The notes beneath the pieces are model-generated. The model searched no databases and had not been told where the DNA came from. It saw only the letters and a list, made by a program, of their open reading frames with translations. A program made the position numbers and the translations under genes. A stretch of 64,000 bases of DNA, taken from NCBI RefSeq assembly GCF_006345805.1, contig NC_043005.1, positions 13,082,001-13,146,000 on the forward strand, in the 5' to 3' direction. Position 1 is the stretch's first letter. The number at the start of each line of letters is the position of its first letter. This document shows, in pieces, positions 36,583 through 50,290 of this stretch. This stretch comes from Octopus sinensis (lineage: Eukaryota).

Positions 36583-39064
36583 CCCTTTTTCTATTCCTGA
36601 GCATTATACTAATACATCTGTTTGTTTTGTACACCAGCTGCCTTCGTCTTTTGTTTTTTTTGTAAACTCTCCCTATATATATATATATATACACACACAT
36701 ATATATATACACACACACACACGTGTTTGTATGTGCAGTGTGTATATTTACCAACTGCTAATAGATATCAAAGATAACTATTCCAAATATATTCCAAATA
36801 CTGAGGTTGGCAGCCACTTTGTTATGTGTTTGTGAGTTGCTTAGTAACATGTGTTGAATTGTTGGGTGGTTGGGGTGTTGGTTTGATTAAATTCCTGAAT
36901 TTCTATGGAGTGTTTGAGTGTGTGTACATGCTTCATATTTGTGCTTACATGATGGTATATATGTGTGTGTTTGTGTGTGTGGTAAGCATTTGTTTATATT
37001 CTGTTGCTGGATTTAGTCCTGTTACTGCAGCCGTGTTTGGGTGACACCTTCAAGAGCTTTTAGTCGATCATATTGACCATAGTACTTGTCTTAGTTTGAT
37101 ATTCATTTTATCAGTCTCTGCGTGCTGAACTGCTATACCTTGAACTGACATACAGCGACACCATAAAGAACAACACAGATCTTCAGGTCTCTGTTACCAT
37201 AAATGCTGACATGCATCATGCACACATGTATTGTTATGCTAAGTAACAATCTAAAGATGTACTACACACACCTACACACATACACACACTCTGTTTCAAT
37301 CTGCCAAATTCCATTGAGAAGATACTACTTAGCCATGGAGATACCATGCTATAAAATGGACTTTGGCGCTAAATGCATCCTCCATCTAATTAGATCCTGT
37401 CACTCTGTTCAACTCCAGTAAGCAAGGAAGACAGACAGACAGTATATGATGTTGATAATGATGATGAATATGGTTAATCTGAAGCTATGGCAGAAAACCC
37501 TGACCCCTGGTAACATGCTGTGACATGGCTTAAATTCTTTGTGGTTGCAAAGTCAACTTCTTAGCCACATCAAGCATGTGTGTGTGTGTGTGTGTGTGTG
37601 TATAGATACAAGGTGGTGCTCCAGCCTGATTGCAATCTAATGGCTGAAACAGGTAAATATGTATTTATTGTGTGGTAAGTAGCTTGCGTGGCACCTTGGG
37701 CAAGTGTCTTCTACTATAGTCTCGGGCCAACCAAAGACTTGTGAGTTGATTTGGTTGATGGAAACTAAAAAAGCCCATCGTATATATATATATATAATAT
37801 ATATATATGTGTGTGTGTGTGTGTATCTGTGTGTGTGTGTATCTGTGTGTATATGTTTGTGCGTCTGTGTTTGCCCCTCCAACATCGCTTGACAACCAAT
37901 GCTGGTGTGTTTACGTCCCCCGTAACTTGGTCAATTTAATGTGATAGAAAAAGTAGCAAAATCTTCCTACACTTAACATCTACCTTCATAGAAAAGGAAG
38001 GACATACTAGATAATGTAATTATGGATGGTCATGACTGGAATGCCTTATTGTAAATCTGCTGGATGAGAGCTAATCTGAGACTAAAAACATCATATCTGA
38101 AAGAGCCTTTGTTAGGTGAAAATAACAATGATATTTCCCTCAAAGTTCAGCTTTGAGGGAACTTCAAAAAAACAAAACAAAAATTGGGGATACACATTTG
38201 AGTAAGTTTCTAGTTAGGTACAGTATCAGGATGGTTGGTCACAGCTGGAAGTCATTTGATCATAGGTCTGCTAAGATTAGGCTTGACCTGGGGCTAAACT
38301 ACCAACAAGAACAAGACAAAGAAAGAAAGGAAAGGAAAGGACGATGATCACTGATCACAGCTGTAAAAGTCTTTGATGATTATATATGTCTGTTTAATCA
38401 GAGTTGACCTGGAGCTTGACGACAACAACAACAACAACCAGAACTACATCAAGGACTTACAACAGCAACCACAGCTCACTCAGCATGTACTGTTGGTTCT
38501 GTTGACAACAACGTAGGTGGACTGACCTAAAAAACAAAAACAAACAAAAAATAAACACCCAAATCATCATCATTATCATCATCATCATTGCCAATGCCAC
38601 CACTATTGCAAGGAGATCATCATCATTGTCATTATCATCGTTATCACCATCATTATGGTCATCATTGACACATTTTTCAATGCATATATTATCATCATAT
38701 GTCTGATTTATACACCAGTACAGCTTGCCTGGCAACTATAATCTCTATCTAGACAGTCACCACCGCCACCATTGACTCCTTTCTCTCCCTGTCTTTGACT
38801 CTCATGTTTCTCAGTAACTCCTTCCTCTCTTTTCCTTTGTCTGGTTCTCTTTCTCTTTTTTCTCACTTCTCTCCCTTATCTCTTTATCTATACCTCCTCC
38901 TCCTATCTCTCTCTCTCCCTCTCTCTCACTCACTTTATCTCTAAATTACCCTCCTCTCCATCTCTTTAACTGTCTCTAACTACCCATACCACTCTCTCCT
39001 CCTTCGATTGTTTCCAACTCTCCATTTTCCTCTCCCTTTACTTCTCTCTCAGTACATGTAGATA

Positions 39065-39127
<63 letters not shown>

Positions 39128-39762
39128 GATTCACTGTTTCTCATATTTTCTATCTGCATTCACACATCAACACACACACACATCAACACACACACACATC
39201 AACACACACACACATCAACACACACACACATCAACACACACACACACAAAGAAACATACACACACACACACACACATATACACATGCTGCTGTCTTGCCC
39301 CCTCCACGCATTATTATATCCCCTAGCAACAACCACTATTACCATCTCAACATCTCCTAGCAACTGTCCACTACCATTCCTATATCCTAAGCAACCACCA
39401 CCATCAGCATGGATGGTTTTTATTTGCAAGATCACACAGCACTAAGATTTGTGATCATTAGAATATTTGTGTGGGTTTGGAAATGGGTAGACATGGGTAG
39501 ACACAGGGGTAAGACATGTGGAAGTTGAGATAGACAGAGAGACACACATATATATAGATAGATAGATAGATATAGATACATAGATAGATAGATATATAGA
39601 TATAGATAGATATATATAGATAGATAGATATGTAGTTAAACAGCTAGATAGATGTAGTTGATAGGTAGATAGGCAGATATATTAAGCACATAGATATGTA
39701 GTTCAGTTAAGATGTATATATATATATATATATAATATAATATAATATAGTATAATAGGAGT

Positions 39763-39928
39763 AGGCGTAGGAGTGGCTGTGTGGTAAGTAGTTTGCTTAC
39801 GAACCACATGGTTCCGGGTTCAGTCCCACTGCGTGGCACCTTGGGCAAGTGTCTTCTACTATAGCCTCGGGCTGACCAAAGCCTTGTGAGTGAATTTGGT
39901 AGACGGAAACTGAAAGAAGCCCGTCGTA

Positions 39929-39969
<41 letters not shown>

Positions 39970-40148
39970 ATATGTTTGTGTGTCTGTGTTTGTCCCCCTG
40001 GTGTGTTTACGTCCCCGTAACTTAGCGGTTCAGCAAAAGAGACCGATAGAATAAGTACTAGGGGTCGATTTGCTCGATTAAAGGCGGTGCTCCAGCATGG
40101 CCGCAGTCAAATGACTGAAACAAGTAAAAGAGTAAAGGAGTAAAGAGT
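39763..40148 (+). mobile_element. SINE family A
   Basis: Full head and tail, with a short internal deletion. Confidence 0.8.
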
Positions 40149-41399
40149 ATATATATATATATATATATATATGTAATTAATTAGATAGTTGGATAGATAG
40201 AATGATAGAATCATAGATAGATATGTTGTGAAGTATGTAGATAGATAATGTAGTCAGACAAATTTGATTGATAGGACGGCTTGATCGATTGATAGTTATA
40301 CAGATAGATAGATAGACAGTAATATAGATAGTCACTTATAAAGATAGGAAAATATACAGCGAATTATGTAAATAGATAAACAAGATGGAAAGTATGAATG
40401 ATGGAATAGTAAGAGTTGCAGACCAGCAACAAAGAAGTCAGTGTTTCATATCCTTGTCTCAGCCCCTTTGTGGCCCCAGATTAGTTGATTTGTGAATGCC
40501 TCAAGAAGTATGTATCCTTCTATTTTGGAGAATATAAATTTGATATGAGGGAGATTTGGCTACAAAATCTTGTAAGTCAAGTGATTATGTATAAACTGCT
40601 GTGTTGGCTTGATAGATACCAAGAATGTACACATCATTCTCACTAGAGTGCTATTGATAAATAGTCCCTCATGAAGTGTGTTTGTTGTTGAGTAATCATA
40701 GATCACCTCTGACCCTTCTAAACTATGACCTCATCCAGCTAGTCTTTTTAAACACCCATGCACAATCCTGCTGATCTGTTTCTCTAGTTATACCACTTCA
40801 TTGCTTTGTCGAGAGCAGTATTGTGCACTCCAGTATCCAGTGATGAATTCTATAAGGTACAATAGCGTGATGAGACTACGGGCTATGGCAGGGTGTGACA
40901 GTTATTAATCCTTTGTACTTACTTTTGGTGGTGTGTATCCCAGCACAGTGTTTGGAGCTAGTCTTGAATTTCTGGCTGAATTGTAATTTCAGTAGAGTAC
41001 TGGGAGGGATGGGTGGGGGTCTTCATTATAACCCTTGTAGAGTACAGAATTAAAATATCTTACATTTACTTCTGTCTCTTTTACGATATTAGCTCAAAAT
41101 CTTTGTCAGGATTGGCCTTGCCTTGCATCCATCCAGGTTCTCTTTAAGAAATATCAGTGATGTACAGATGAAATATGTGTGTGTGTGTGAGACTGATTAT
41201 TGTGTTAATATTTAATAATTGTTAATCATACTTGTAATATGATGGAAGATACAGTTGTATAGGAGATGAAATGTTTAAATCATTCCTGTATGTTTTGGTT
41301 TCAAATCTTTGTGTCTGATTTCACCTTTCATTTCTTTGGGAAAATTGGGGTTAGTAAAGTAGTTTTTAGTTTTGTGAATGCTGAAGGTGCCCTGCTTAG

Positions 41400-41560
41400 A
41401 GTGACAGATGTAGAAGTCATTAGATGAGATAAGATCATCAAAAATCTTAATTACAAGCAGCTCAGTTTATTGGACACCATATGAAGCAAAGAAATTCTGG
41501 AACATTTGGTGACAGCTGATAAACCGAAAGGAAGAAGCCAGAGAAAACACAGAGAGAGAG
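41400..41560 (+). pseudogene. Degenerate RTE LINE C-terminal remnant
   Basis: Frameshifted QFIGHHM / KEILEHLVTADKPKGRSQRK resembles the RTE motif FxGHxMRKExLExLVTxGKxxGxRxR. Confidence 0.45.
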
Positions 41561-42284
41561 AGAGAAGATTCTTGATGGCCTTACTATTTGGTTTTAGAAA
41601 GACCAGCCTAAGCCTAATAATATGCTGAATTGTGTGTGTGAGACAGTAGGGCTTGCAGGTCTGTGATTGCCAATGCCTGTGGACATAGCACATGTAAATA
41701 TCTATCCTTGAAAATTCTGAATTCACGTGTCAATCAAAGAAATCTTTGTTTAACTAACTGGAATAATTAACTTTTTTCAGAATTAAGTTTCCAGAATTAG
41801 GTACTAGGTGGTGGGTGGTGTTCATTCAGGCAGTGGATTAAATCAATCATCATTGTAGGTCACTGTGGGATTTGAACTCAGAATGCAAAGAAAGCTGGGA
41901 CAAGTAACACAAGGGAGTTTGGTCCATTGCTGTTGCAGTTCCATCAATCAATCTCCCTTGAAAGGATGAAAGTCAAAGTTGACCTCAGCAGGGTCTGAAC
42001 TCGGAGCGTTGAGAATTGAAATAAATACCATGTGGTAATCTATCCAACACTAAGAATTATTCTGATTTGATATACTTTGAAAGGGTTAAGAACAGTAATG
42101 GATCAGCAGAATTTGCAGAGTAGTACACAGGATAAAGTGCCTTGTGGTTTTGATTCCTTTGTGGTTTTGAGTTCAAACTCAGTCAGAGTTGTGTTTGTTC
42201 ATTTTTCTGAAAGTGCTAAAGTAAACTACCAGTCAAGTACTGGGGTCAGTTTCAGCACCAATACTCTCCCTTGAATAGTAAGTT

Positions 42285-42510
42285 CTTCTTTTATTTATTT
42301 CAGTCGTTTGACTGTGGCCATGCTGGAGCATTGCCTTGTAGTTGAACAAATCGACCCCAGGACCTATTTTTTGTAAGCACAGTACTTACTCTATCGACCC
42401 CCTTTGCCAAATCGCTAAGTTACAGGGGTGTAAACACACAACCAGCATCGGTTGTCAAGCGATGGTGGGGTGGGGGGACAAACATAGAGGCACAAACATA
42501 TACACACACA

Positions 42511-42563
<53 letters not shown>

Positions 42564-42727
42564 GGATGGGCTTCTTTCAGTTTCTGTCTATCAAATCCAC
42601 TTACAAGGCTTTGGTCAGCCTGAGGCTATAGTGGAAGACACTTGCCCAAGGTGCCACACAGTCGGACTGAACCTGGAACCACGTGGTTGGTAAGCAAGCT
42701 ACTTACCACACAGCCACTCCTGCACCT
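42285..42727 (-). mobile_element. SINE family A
   Basis: Matches the family A consensus. Confidence 0.8.
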
Positions 42728-43554
42728 CATTCTAAGTTTAAATCTCATCTAGGACAACTTTGCCTTTAATAAAATTCAATAAAATTAAGAATCATTCAAG
42801 ATCTAAGATTGATCTTGTCACCAAATACTTCCCAACAACCTCTGTAAATTTGTTTTTATTTTTGTCCTCTAGTTAGAAATTGATCCTGGAAATTTATGAA
42901 GTTTTTAATATTTCTTCTGTAAATATTGGCACAAGGCCAGCAGTTTCGAGTGAGGGGTTAAGTCCATTGCATCGACCCCCCCCCCCCCCCCCCAATAGTC
43001 AACTGATACTTATTTCATCAATCCCAAAAGGATGAAAGGCAAAGTCAGCCTCAGCAGAATTTGAACTCAGAATGTAAAGACAAACGAAATGCCACTAAGA
43101 ATTTTAATTGGCATACTAACGAATCTGCCAGCTCACTGCCTTATTCTTCTATAAATACTAGATGCTGTGTATGTGTGAAGCCATTCTCTTTGATGATGAT
43201 GATGATGATGACATTGCTTATGACAAATGAATGTGATAAGGGCAATGCGATGGGTACAATGTGGTTCATACAGCAATAACCTTTTAAATCATCTCAGCAA
43301 ACAGAAACTTGATTATCACAAGTAATTAATTACTTGAGACAAGACAAGCAGATGAGTAAACCTCTATCTTGATGCTCAACCTACTAGAAATAGCAGCTGA
43401 TTTTCCTTTAGATTATATCTGAACATTTTAAATACAGTAAGGGCAAGTTTGATATTATGTAGTACTGGATGTCATGGCTGAAATGGTTTTAACCATTAAT
43501 CTGCTTAATTATAGGTGATTTGGAGTTATAATTAGAACTTGGTGAAGACTTGAA

Positions 43555-43795
43555 TACCCCATCTCTTTTTCCTTCTCCAAATACCCCATCTCTGTTCCCT
43601 TCTCTAAAATAAATACCCCATCTCTATTTCCTCCTCCAAATACCCTATCGCTATTTCCTCCTCCAAATACTCCATCTCTATTTCCTCCTCCAAATACCCC
43701 ATCTCTATTTCCTCCTCCAAATACCCCATCTCTATTTCCTCCTCCATATACCCCATCTCTATTTGCTCCTCCAAAACCTCTTCTCTATTTCCTTC
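43555..43795. repeat. 27-bp minisatellite (AAATACCCCATCTCTATTTCCTCCTCC)n, ~9 copies
   Basis: Period 27 seen directly, e.g. 43692 and 43719. Confidence 0.9.
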
Positions 43796-44683
43796 TCCTT
43801 GTCTAGACAGATGAATATGATATGATACTTAGATAGATTGTCCATTATATAGAGAGTCTGGATGACCTTATGGATAGGGTAACAGACAGTAACCAAGAAG
43901 TCTGACCTTGGATCAGGCTTCTTGGTAGCTTATTTGCTATTGTCATCATCATCATCTTCAACATCATCGTCATCATTTTACATTCGTTTCCTGTGCATGC
44001 TTTGTATATCAGTGTGTGTGCGTGCATGGGCCACACACATTTTGTATCCACCATATGAAAGAAATCAATGTGTGCAGATATTGTTAGTTACTACCAAAAC
44101 TAATGAAAATAATGTAATTAATAATTATGTTAATTGATGATGCATTTACTGCTAACTTTTTGTCTTGGGAGAGAAAAAAAAATTCACATCATAAGATTGT
44201 GGATGTGAACAACTACATAAATATTTCGGTAAACTCGGGTCAGAAATGGCTCCTCTTCAGCATACTTTCCTGCTACTTGTTGCAGTCATTTATCATCTCC
44301 TTTATGGGGGTCAACCTTTTGTGATCAGCCCACCCCCCACTATTTATTCCCATGTGTTCCTTGATCCCCCCCACCTTCTTCTACAGATTCCTGTCACTTG
44401 GATAACCAGGTCTCTCTTAAACCATACTCTGGTCTCTTGAAAAAAAAAAAAGAGGGGAAACTTTGGCTGATGTAGATCTAAAATACACTGTGTCGAGCAG
44501 AAAAGTAATTGGATGGTCATAGCTGGAATGTCTTTCATCATGAATCTGTTGAATCGGGGCTGATCTGAGTTTAAACAAAAACTATTTTATGATTATAAAA
44601 CCATTAAAACAAGCAGATAGAAATATGTATTTGTGTGCTTGTACATACATCTATACACACACATACACACAGATATAGATATG

Positions 44684-44718
<35 letters not shown>

Positions 44719-44984
44719 TGGTGCCATGTAAGCACGTCCCATGCTGGTGCTGCATTAAAGCACTCAGTACACTCTGTAAAGTGGTTGGCATTAGGAGGGA
44801 CATCCAGCTTTAGAAACCATACCAAAAACCGACATGGCGTCAGGGCAGCTCTTCGGCTAGCCAGCTCCTGTTAGACCATTGAATCCTTGCCAGCACGGAG
44901 AACGGATGTTAAATGATGATGATGATGATGATATATATTACAGGTGAAACTTCAAATTTTGTAACTTCAAGTTTCATGCCTGAT

Positions 44985-45370
44985 ACTCTCTTTACTTGTT
45001 TCAGTCATGTTACTGTGGCCATGCTGGAGCACCGCCTTTAGTCGAGCAAATCGACCCCAGGACTTATTCTTTGTAAGCCTAGTACTTATTCTATCGATCT
45101 CTTTTGCCGAACCGCTAAGTTACGGGGACATAAACACACCAACATCGGTTGTCAAGCGATGTTGGGAGGACAAACGCACACACACACAGATATATATACA
45201 TATATAGAACGGGCTTCTTTCAGTTTCTGTCTACCAAATCCACTCACAAGGCTTTGGTCAGCCCTAGGCTATAGTAGAAGACACTTGCCCGAGGTGCCAA
45301 GCAGTGGGACTGAACCCGGAACCATGTGGTTTGTAAGCAAGCTACTTACCACACACCCGCTCCTACACCT
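44985..45370 (-). mobile_element. SINE family A
   Basis: Matches the family A consensus. Confidence 0.85.
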
Positions 45371-46274
45371 GTAGGAACAAAAATTTTTAAAAATGAAAAA
45401 CAAGGAACTATAAATATGAATTCACACACACACACACACACACACACAGAGATATGTGTGCAGATATGTTTTGGCAGTGATGTTGGTGACCAATGTAAAC
45501 ACAGGCCAGAAAACTGACAACCTGCTGCTTTCAAATAATAATTTCTCGCATGATATTTATTCCATTGAAATTGTTTTCTTCTTGTTGCTCTTGTCATGGC
45601 TGCACTGAACCACTGAAGGCGTGTTGGATGAAGTCTAAAAATTAACGGCCTTATTGTTCACAAAATGCAGTATAAAATGAATTATACAAACACATTTCGT
45701 TTTTGGATTTGGTTTGCAAGATTCTTTATATGAGTTTGTGTGTTGAAGCATATTCTGTTGTGTCTGGGGAGAGTCATTTTCTTTTTGTGCCTTATAATGT
45801 AACACACACACTGGTAAAATTTCCACTTATTTCTTATTCTTATTTTCCTAAAATTTTCGTTGCGTCTTGCAACCTTTTCAATAGTCCTGACTGAGTGTGT
45901 TAAATTATAAGGCACAAAAAGAAAATAACTCACCCCAGACACATCTAAATAAACACAGTTTTATATTAACAAAAAATACATAATACAGTACTTCCAAATT
46001 TGCACTGAGTATTAAATAAGCCAAAACTACAAATATGAATATAAATACGATGCTTTGTGTTGCGTTGTATAAAATCTTTTGTTTCGGTCATAAGAGAGTG
46101 ACCATTCTGGAGCACTGCCATTTTTAATCAAATGAATTAGTTTCAGGACTTATTTTTTAAGCCTTGTACGTATCCTATCAGTCTCTATTCCTGAACAACA
46201 AAGTTATGGTGATGCAAACGCACCAACACAGGTACTCAAGTGGTGGGGTAGGGCAAATGTAGACACAAAGACAC

Positions 46275-46417
46275 AGCTTGCTTACCAACCATATGGTTCC
46301 GGGTTCAGTCCCACTGTGTAGCACCTTGGGCAAGTGTCTTCTAGTATAGCCTCAGGCTGACCAAAACCTTATGAGTGGATTTGGTAGACAGAAACTAAAA
46401 GAAGCCTGTTGTATATA

Positions 46418-46480
<63 letters not shown>

Positions 46481-46679
46481 GTATATCTTTGTGTGTCTGT
46501 ATTTGTCCCCACCAACATCACTTGTGTTTATGTCTCCATAACTTAGTGGTTTGGTAAAAGAGACCGATAGAATAAGTACTAGGCTTACAAAGAATAAACC
46601 CTGGGGTTGATTTGCTCAACTAAAGGTGGTACTCCAGCATGGCTGCAGTCAAATGACTGAAACAAGTAAAAGAATAAAT
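46275..46679 (+). mobile_element. SINE family A, head truncated
   Basis: Starts at AGCTTGCTTACCAACC and abuts a degenerate minus-strand copy. Confidence 0.75.
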
Positions 46680-46748
46680 AATATATATATATTAACCACT
46701 ATGCCATTTGCCCGTGGGAATGAGAACCCTGGTTCGAAATTTCCCCAA

Positions 46749-46794
46749 GACACCTGAAGAAGGCTGGAGGGTATATCAGCTGAAACGTTGTGTT
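46749..46794 (+). ncRNA. Minimal type I hammerhead ribozyme candidate in a Penelope-like terminal repeat (~46693..46880)
   Basis: GACAC-CUGAAGA-A-GGCUG(10 nt)CAGCU-GAAA-C-GUU^-GUGUU. Stem III is only the palindrome AACGUU, so it can form only in a dimer. Confidence 0.6.
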
Positions 46795-46972
46795 AACAAC
46801 AAACGAGATGAGGACAAATATCCGTCGAATGTAAATAATGTAAATAATTCCTCATCTCTTAAATATAGAACTGTACACTGCTTTTGTTTTGATTAATTTT
46901 GAAGAATTTCGTAAAATAAGTTTGTCATTATTAAGCTGAAATTTTGATGGAGGGTTTTAAATTAGGTCACTT

Positions 46973-47708
46973 TAACCTTTTAACATTCTGATTACTCTGT
47001 GAAATGTGATGCGTATTTATTCACATTGTTCAGAATTAATGATGCAAATATCTTATAGTTTTGAGATTTTGATGATGTGTGCTGGTGGCAAATAAAATGC
47101 ACCATTCGAGTGTGGTTGATGCCAGTGCCACCTGACTTCCCCCCTCCATGCCTGTGGCACATAAAAAGCACCCACCTCACTCTTAGAGTGGTTGGCATTA
47201 GGAAGGGCAGCGAGCTGGCAGAATTGTTAGCACGCCGAGCAAAATGCGTAGCCGTATTTCGTCTGCCGTTACGTTTTGAGTTCAAATTCCGCTATGGGCG
47301 ACTTTGCCTTTCATCCTTTCGGGAGTCGATAAATTAAGTACCAGTTACACACTGGGGTTGATGTAATCGACTTAATCCGTGTGTCTGCCCTTGTTTGTCC
47401 CCTCTGTGTTTAGCCCCTTGTGTGTAGTAAAGAAATAGGCATTAGGAAGGGCATCCAGCTGTAGAAACCAAGCCAGATCAAATTGGAGCCTGGCGCAGCC
47501 CCCTGGCTTGCCAGTCCTCTGTCGAACTGTCCAATCCATGCCAGCCTGGAAAGCAGATGTTAAACAATGATGATGATGATGATGGTGACGATGATTGTTT
47601 TATTTTTCTGAATGACAAGTGTAAATGGCTGGACCTGGTCATTTTGAACATAAAATTATTAGTATATTTTGACCCAGGATATGGACAGTTTAAATGCTGA
47701 AGGCTTAA
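46973..47708. mobile_element. MITE F interrupted by retroposon D (~47075..47590), itself interrupted by SINE B (47210..47437)
   Basis: The F halves join across the insert (TTAACCTTTAAC... / ...GCTGAAGGCTTAA). The B insert has TSD GGCATTAGGAAGGGCA at 47194..47209 and 47438..47453. Confidence 0.75.
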
Positions 47709-48389
47709 AACAGGGAGTCTGTAACATGGAATCAAAGACAGTGGTTTCAGTCTGGTTGGCATCGGAAGGGTTAAAGGGTCAAAGTTGGAATGTATTGTTG
47801 CACTTGGAGACAACAAGTCTGTAAGTCAGGAGGTTATCAACATAATTCACACATTGTTTAATGTTATATTTATTTTAAAACCTGCCACCACCACCACCTC
47901 ACAGTTTTCTGTGTCAACTGGGTAGCTCTCTGTTGGTGTAGGTAGCCAAGTGCCAGGGTATCAGGGTCTTCGCTTCACAGGTAAAATAAATATTTCTACT
48001 TGTTTGGTCTTGCTGTCTAAACTTGCAGAGATGATTAAATTTCAAAGTTTGACATGTCGGACAGCTGACAGCTTCAATTTGATTACTATTGTAGAAAATG
48101 ATGTTGTTTAGAGAATGGGGGTGGAGGGGGGGTTATCGCACCTATCTCCAGTGTGTGTGTGTGCGTGCGTGTGTGAGATTGTTGGTAATGTGTGTGGACC
48201 TTGTGACTGTGTGTACATGGGTGTAAGTAAATGTGAGTTGGTTTGTACCAATGAATTTGTTAGTGTGTATGTGTGTGTATCTCTATGTGGGTTGATTATG
48301 TGATGATAATCTATCTTCCCTTCCTTCATGCAAAAAGCACCACCACCACCACAACCATTTTTTGGGGGGGGGGCTCTTCACCGGGCCTA

Positions 48390-48630
48390 CCCTCCCCACC
48401 TTCCTCCCTCTGCACCGTCCACCCCCTCCGCACCGTCCACCCCCTCCGCACCGTCCACCCCCTCCGCACCGTCCACCCCCTCCGCACCGTCCACCCCCTC
48501 CGCACGTCCACCCTGCCGCACCGTCCACCCCGCCGCACCGTCCACCCCTCCCCACCTTCCTCCCTCTGCACCGTCCACCCCCTCCGCACCGTCCACCCCT
48601 CCCCACCGTCAACCCCTCCCCACCGTCCAC
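48390..48630. repeat. GC-rich 18-bp minisatellite (GCACCGTCCACCCCCTCC)n
   Basis: About 12 imperfect copies. They explain the PSAPST and GGGGRC repetitive ORFs. Confidence 0.9.
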
Positions 48631-49366
48631 TACAAGTAACACATAACACCATCACCACTACAACTGCTCTTGCCACTACCACCACCATCATCATCATCAT
48701 CGTTAGTGTCATCTGCAGTAGGGGAACCACCACCACTATGGCTACCAGTACCACTATAGCTACTACCACCACCACCACCATCATTATCATGTCCACAAAG
48801 CTGGGTAAAATCATTGTTACTGTTTGGTCTGCTTAGCCATCCATCATATCCTTCTTCATTTTTGTTTCTTTCTCATTTTAATCTTATTACTGTTTTCCTT
48901 CCCCCACCTCCTCCTCCTCATCATCATCATCATCATCACCCCCCCTCCTCGTACTCTCTGTTCTGTCTTCACTTACATCTGGTTTTCTTTCCATGCCCTT
49001 TTCCTTCTAATTTGCCTTCCCCTACATCATTCCTTCACCGGCTTCTCTTAACTTCCACCCCCCACCCAACCATGGAAGATCCTTTCCATTCCTCAGTTCC
49101 TACAGCTTCTTTGAGACAGTAGTAAAAATTTGCCTCATATTACACTTCAATATTACTCTTTTTACTCTTTTACTTGTTTCAGTCATTTGACTGCGGCCCA
49201 GCTGGAGCACCGCCTTTAGTCGAGCAAATCGACCCCCCAGGACTTATTCTTTATAAGCCTAGTACTTGTTCTATCAGTCGTTTTTGCCGAACCGCTAAGT
49301 TACAGGGTTGTAAACGCACCAGCATCGGTTGTCAAGCAATGTTGGGGGACACACACAAACACATAA

Positions 49367-49423
<57 letters not shown>

Positions 49424-49489
49424 GAATCAAAGGGGTCCACAGGTAAAAAATGGTTAAGAAACACTGATTTAAAGCAAATACTTGTATGT

Positions 49490-49690
49490 TGAAAGTGCTT
49501 CTGTAGTCCATCTTGGAATGCTGGAATTGCTCTCTCATCAAGCCGTAAAGCACCTTTTTAGGTGTTTTGACCCTTTTGATCATGACACCAGAGCTGCCTA
49601 GGGCCACCCACGATTGGAGATGACAAAATTGCCGTGCTACAGTATGGACTTTGTTGAGTCAGATGTTGTGACTCTGGGCTAGCCGTTTGT
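49490..49690 (-). pseudogene. Degenerate RTE LINE C-terminal remnant
   Basis: ...KTPKKVLYGLM... resembles the RTE motif RxPKxVLYGEL. Confidence 0.4.
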
Positions 49691-50047
49691 ATCAGCCTCA
49701 ATGCTCTGTCTTGCTTTCACTGTGGCTTGCAGTGCTCACCTCTCATCTGTTAGCAAAACAAGGATTGAATATCATTATGTCCTTTATATGGCAGTTACTT
49801 CATTTCCAAAGAGACTCAAGCTTTGTATTCTTCATCATATTACTGTTCATACCACAGTGGTGGGAGAGTTAAGGAAGATTTGCATAGAAATGATCCTAGG
49901 ACTGCAAATTAAATGACCGTTAATTGTATTAATTATGTATCTCTAAAAAAAAAAATATGATCAGATTTTTGATGTTCACTGTATTAAAATATGTTAGCAC
50001 TAACTTAAACTACTACTTTTGCATTGATGAAATATAATAGAAAAAAT

Positions 50048-50290
50048 TACGGAGATGTACTTGCATAGCAAGTGACCTGATCTGAGATCGTATGCTGAAT
50101 CAAAAATAATTGCAGTGTGGAAGGTGTTTATAAGCCATTTAAAAATGCACAAAAACCGTTAGATCCACTGAACAGGTTGTGATCTCAAAGCGACAAAAAT
50201 ATTTTGACAAATTAAATTTAAATATTGAAGTGAATTTTACAGTTTTTGTGAGTTTTTAAATGGCTTATAAACACCTTCCATGCTTCAATT
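50048..50290. repeat. Unclassified element with a perfect 28-bp inverted repeat
   Basis: TGGAAGGTGTTTATAAGCCATTTAAAAA (50118..50145) and its reverse complement (50253..50280), extending inward imperfectly. Confidence 0.7.

Noticed and set aside
38402-38512. Candidate exon VDLELDDNNNNNQNYIKDLQQQ...
   Set aside because: Splice sites are plausible, but the phase does not match the phase-1 donor at 702 and the content is microsatellite-like. RNA-seq would be needed.
40788-40856. Candidate 69-bp exon
   Set aside because: It has AG/GT ends, but the frame continuing from exon 1 hits TGA and no homology is recognised.
48273-48836. Overlapping long ORFs on both strands
   Set aside because: Produced by the 18-bp minisatellite and (CAC/CAT)n repeats.
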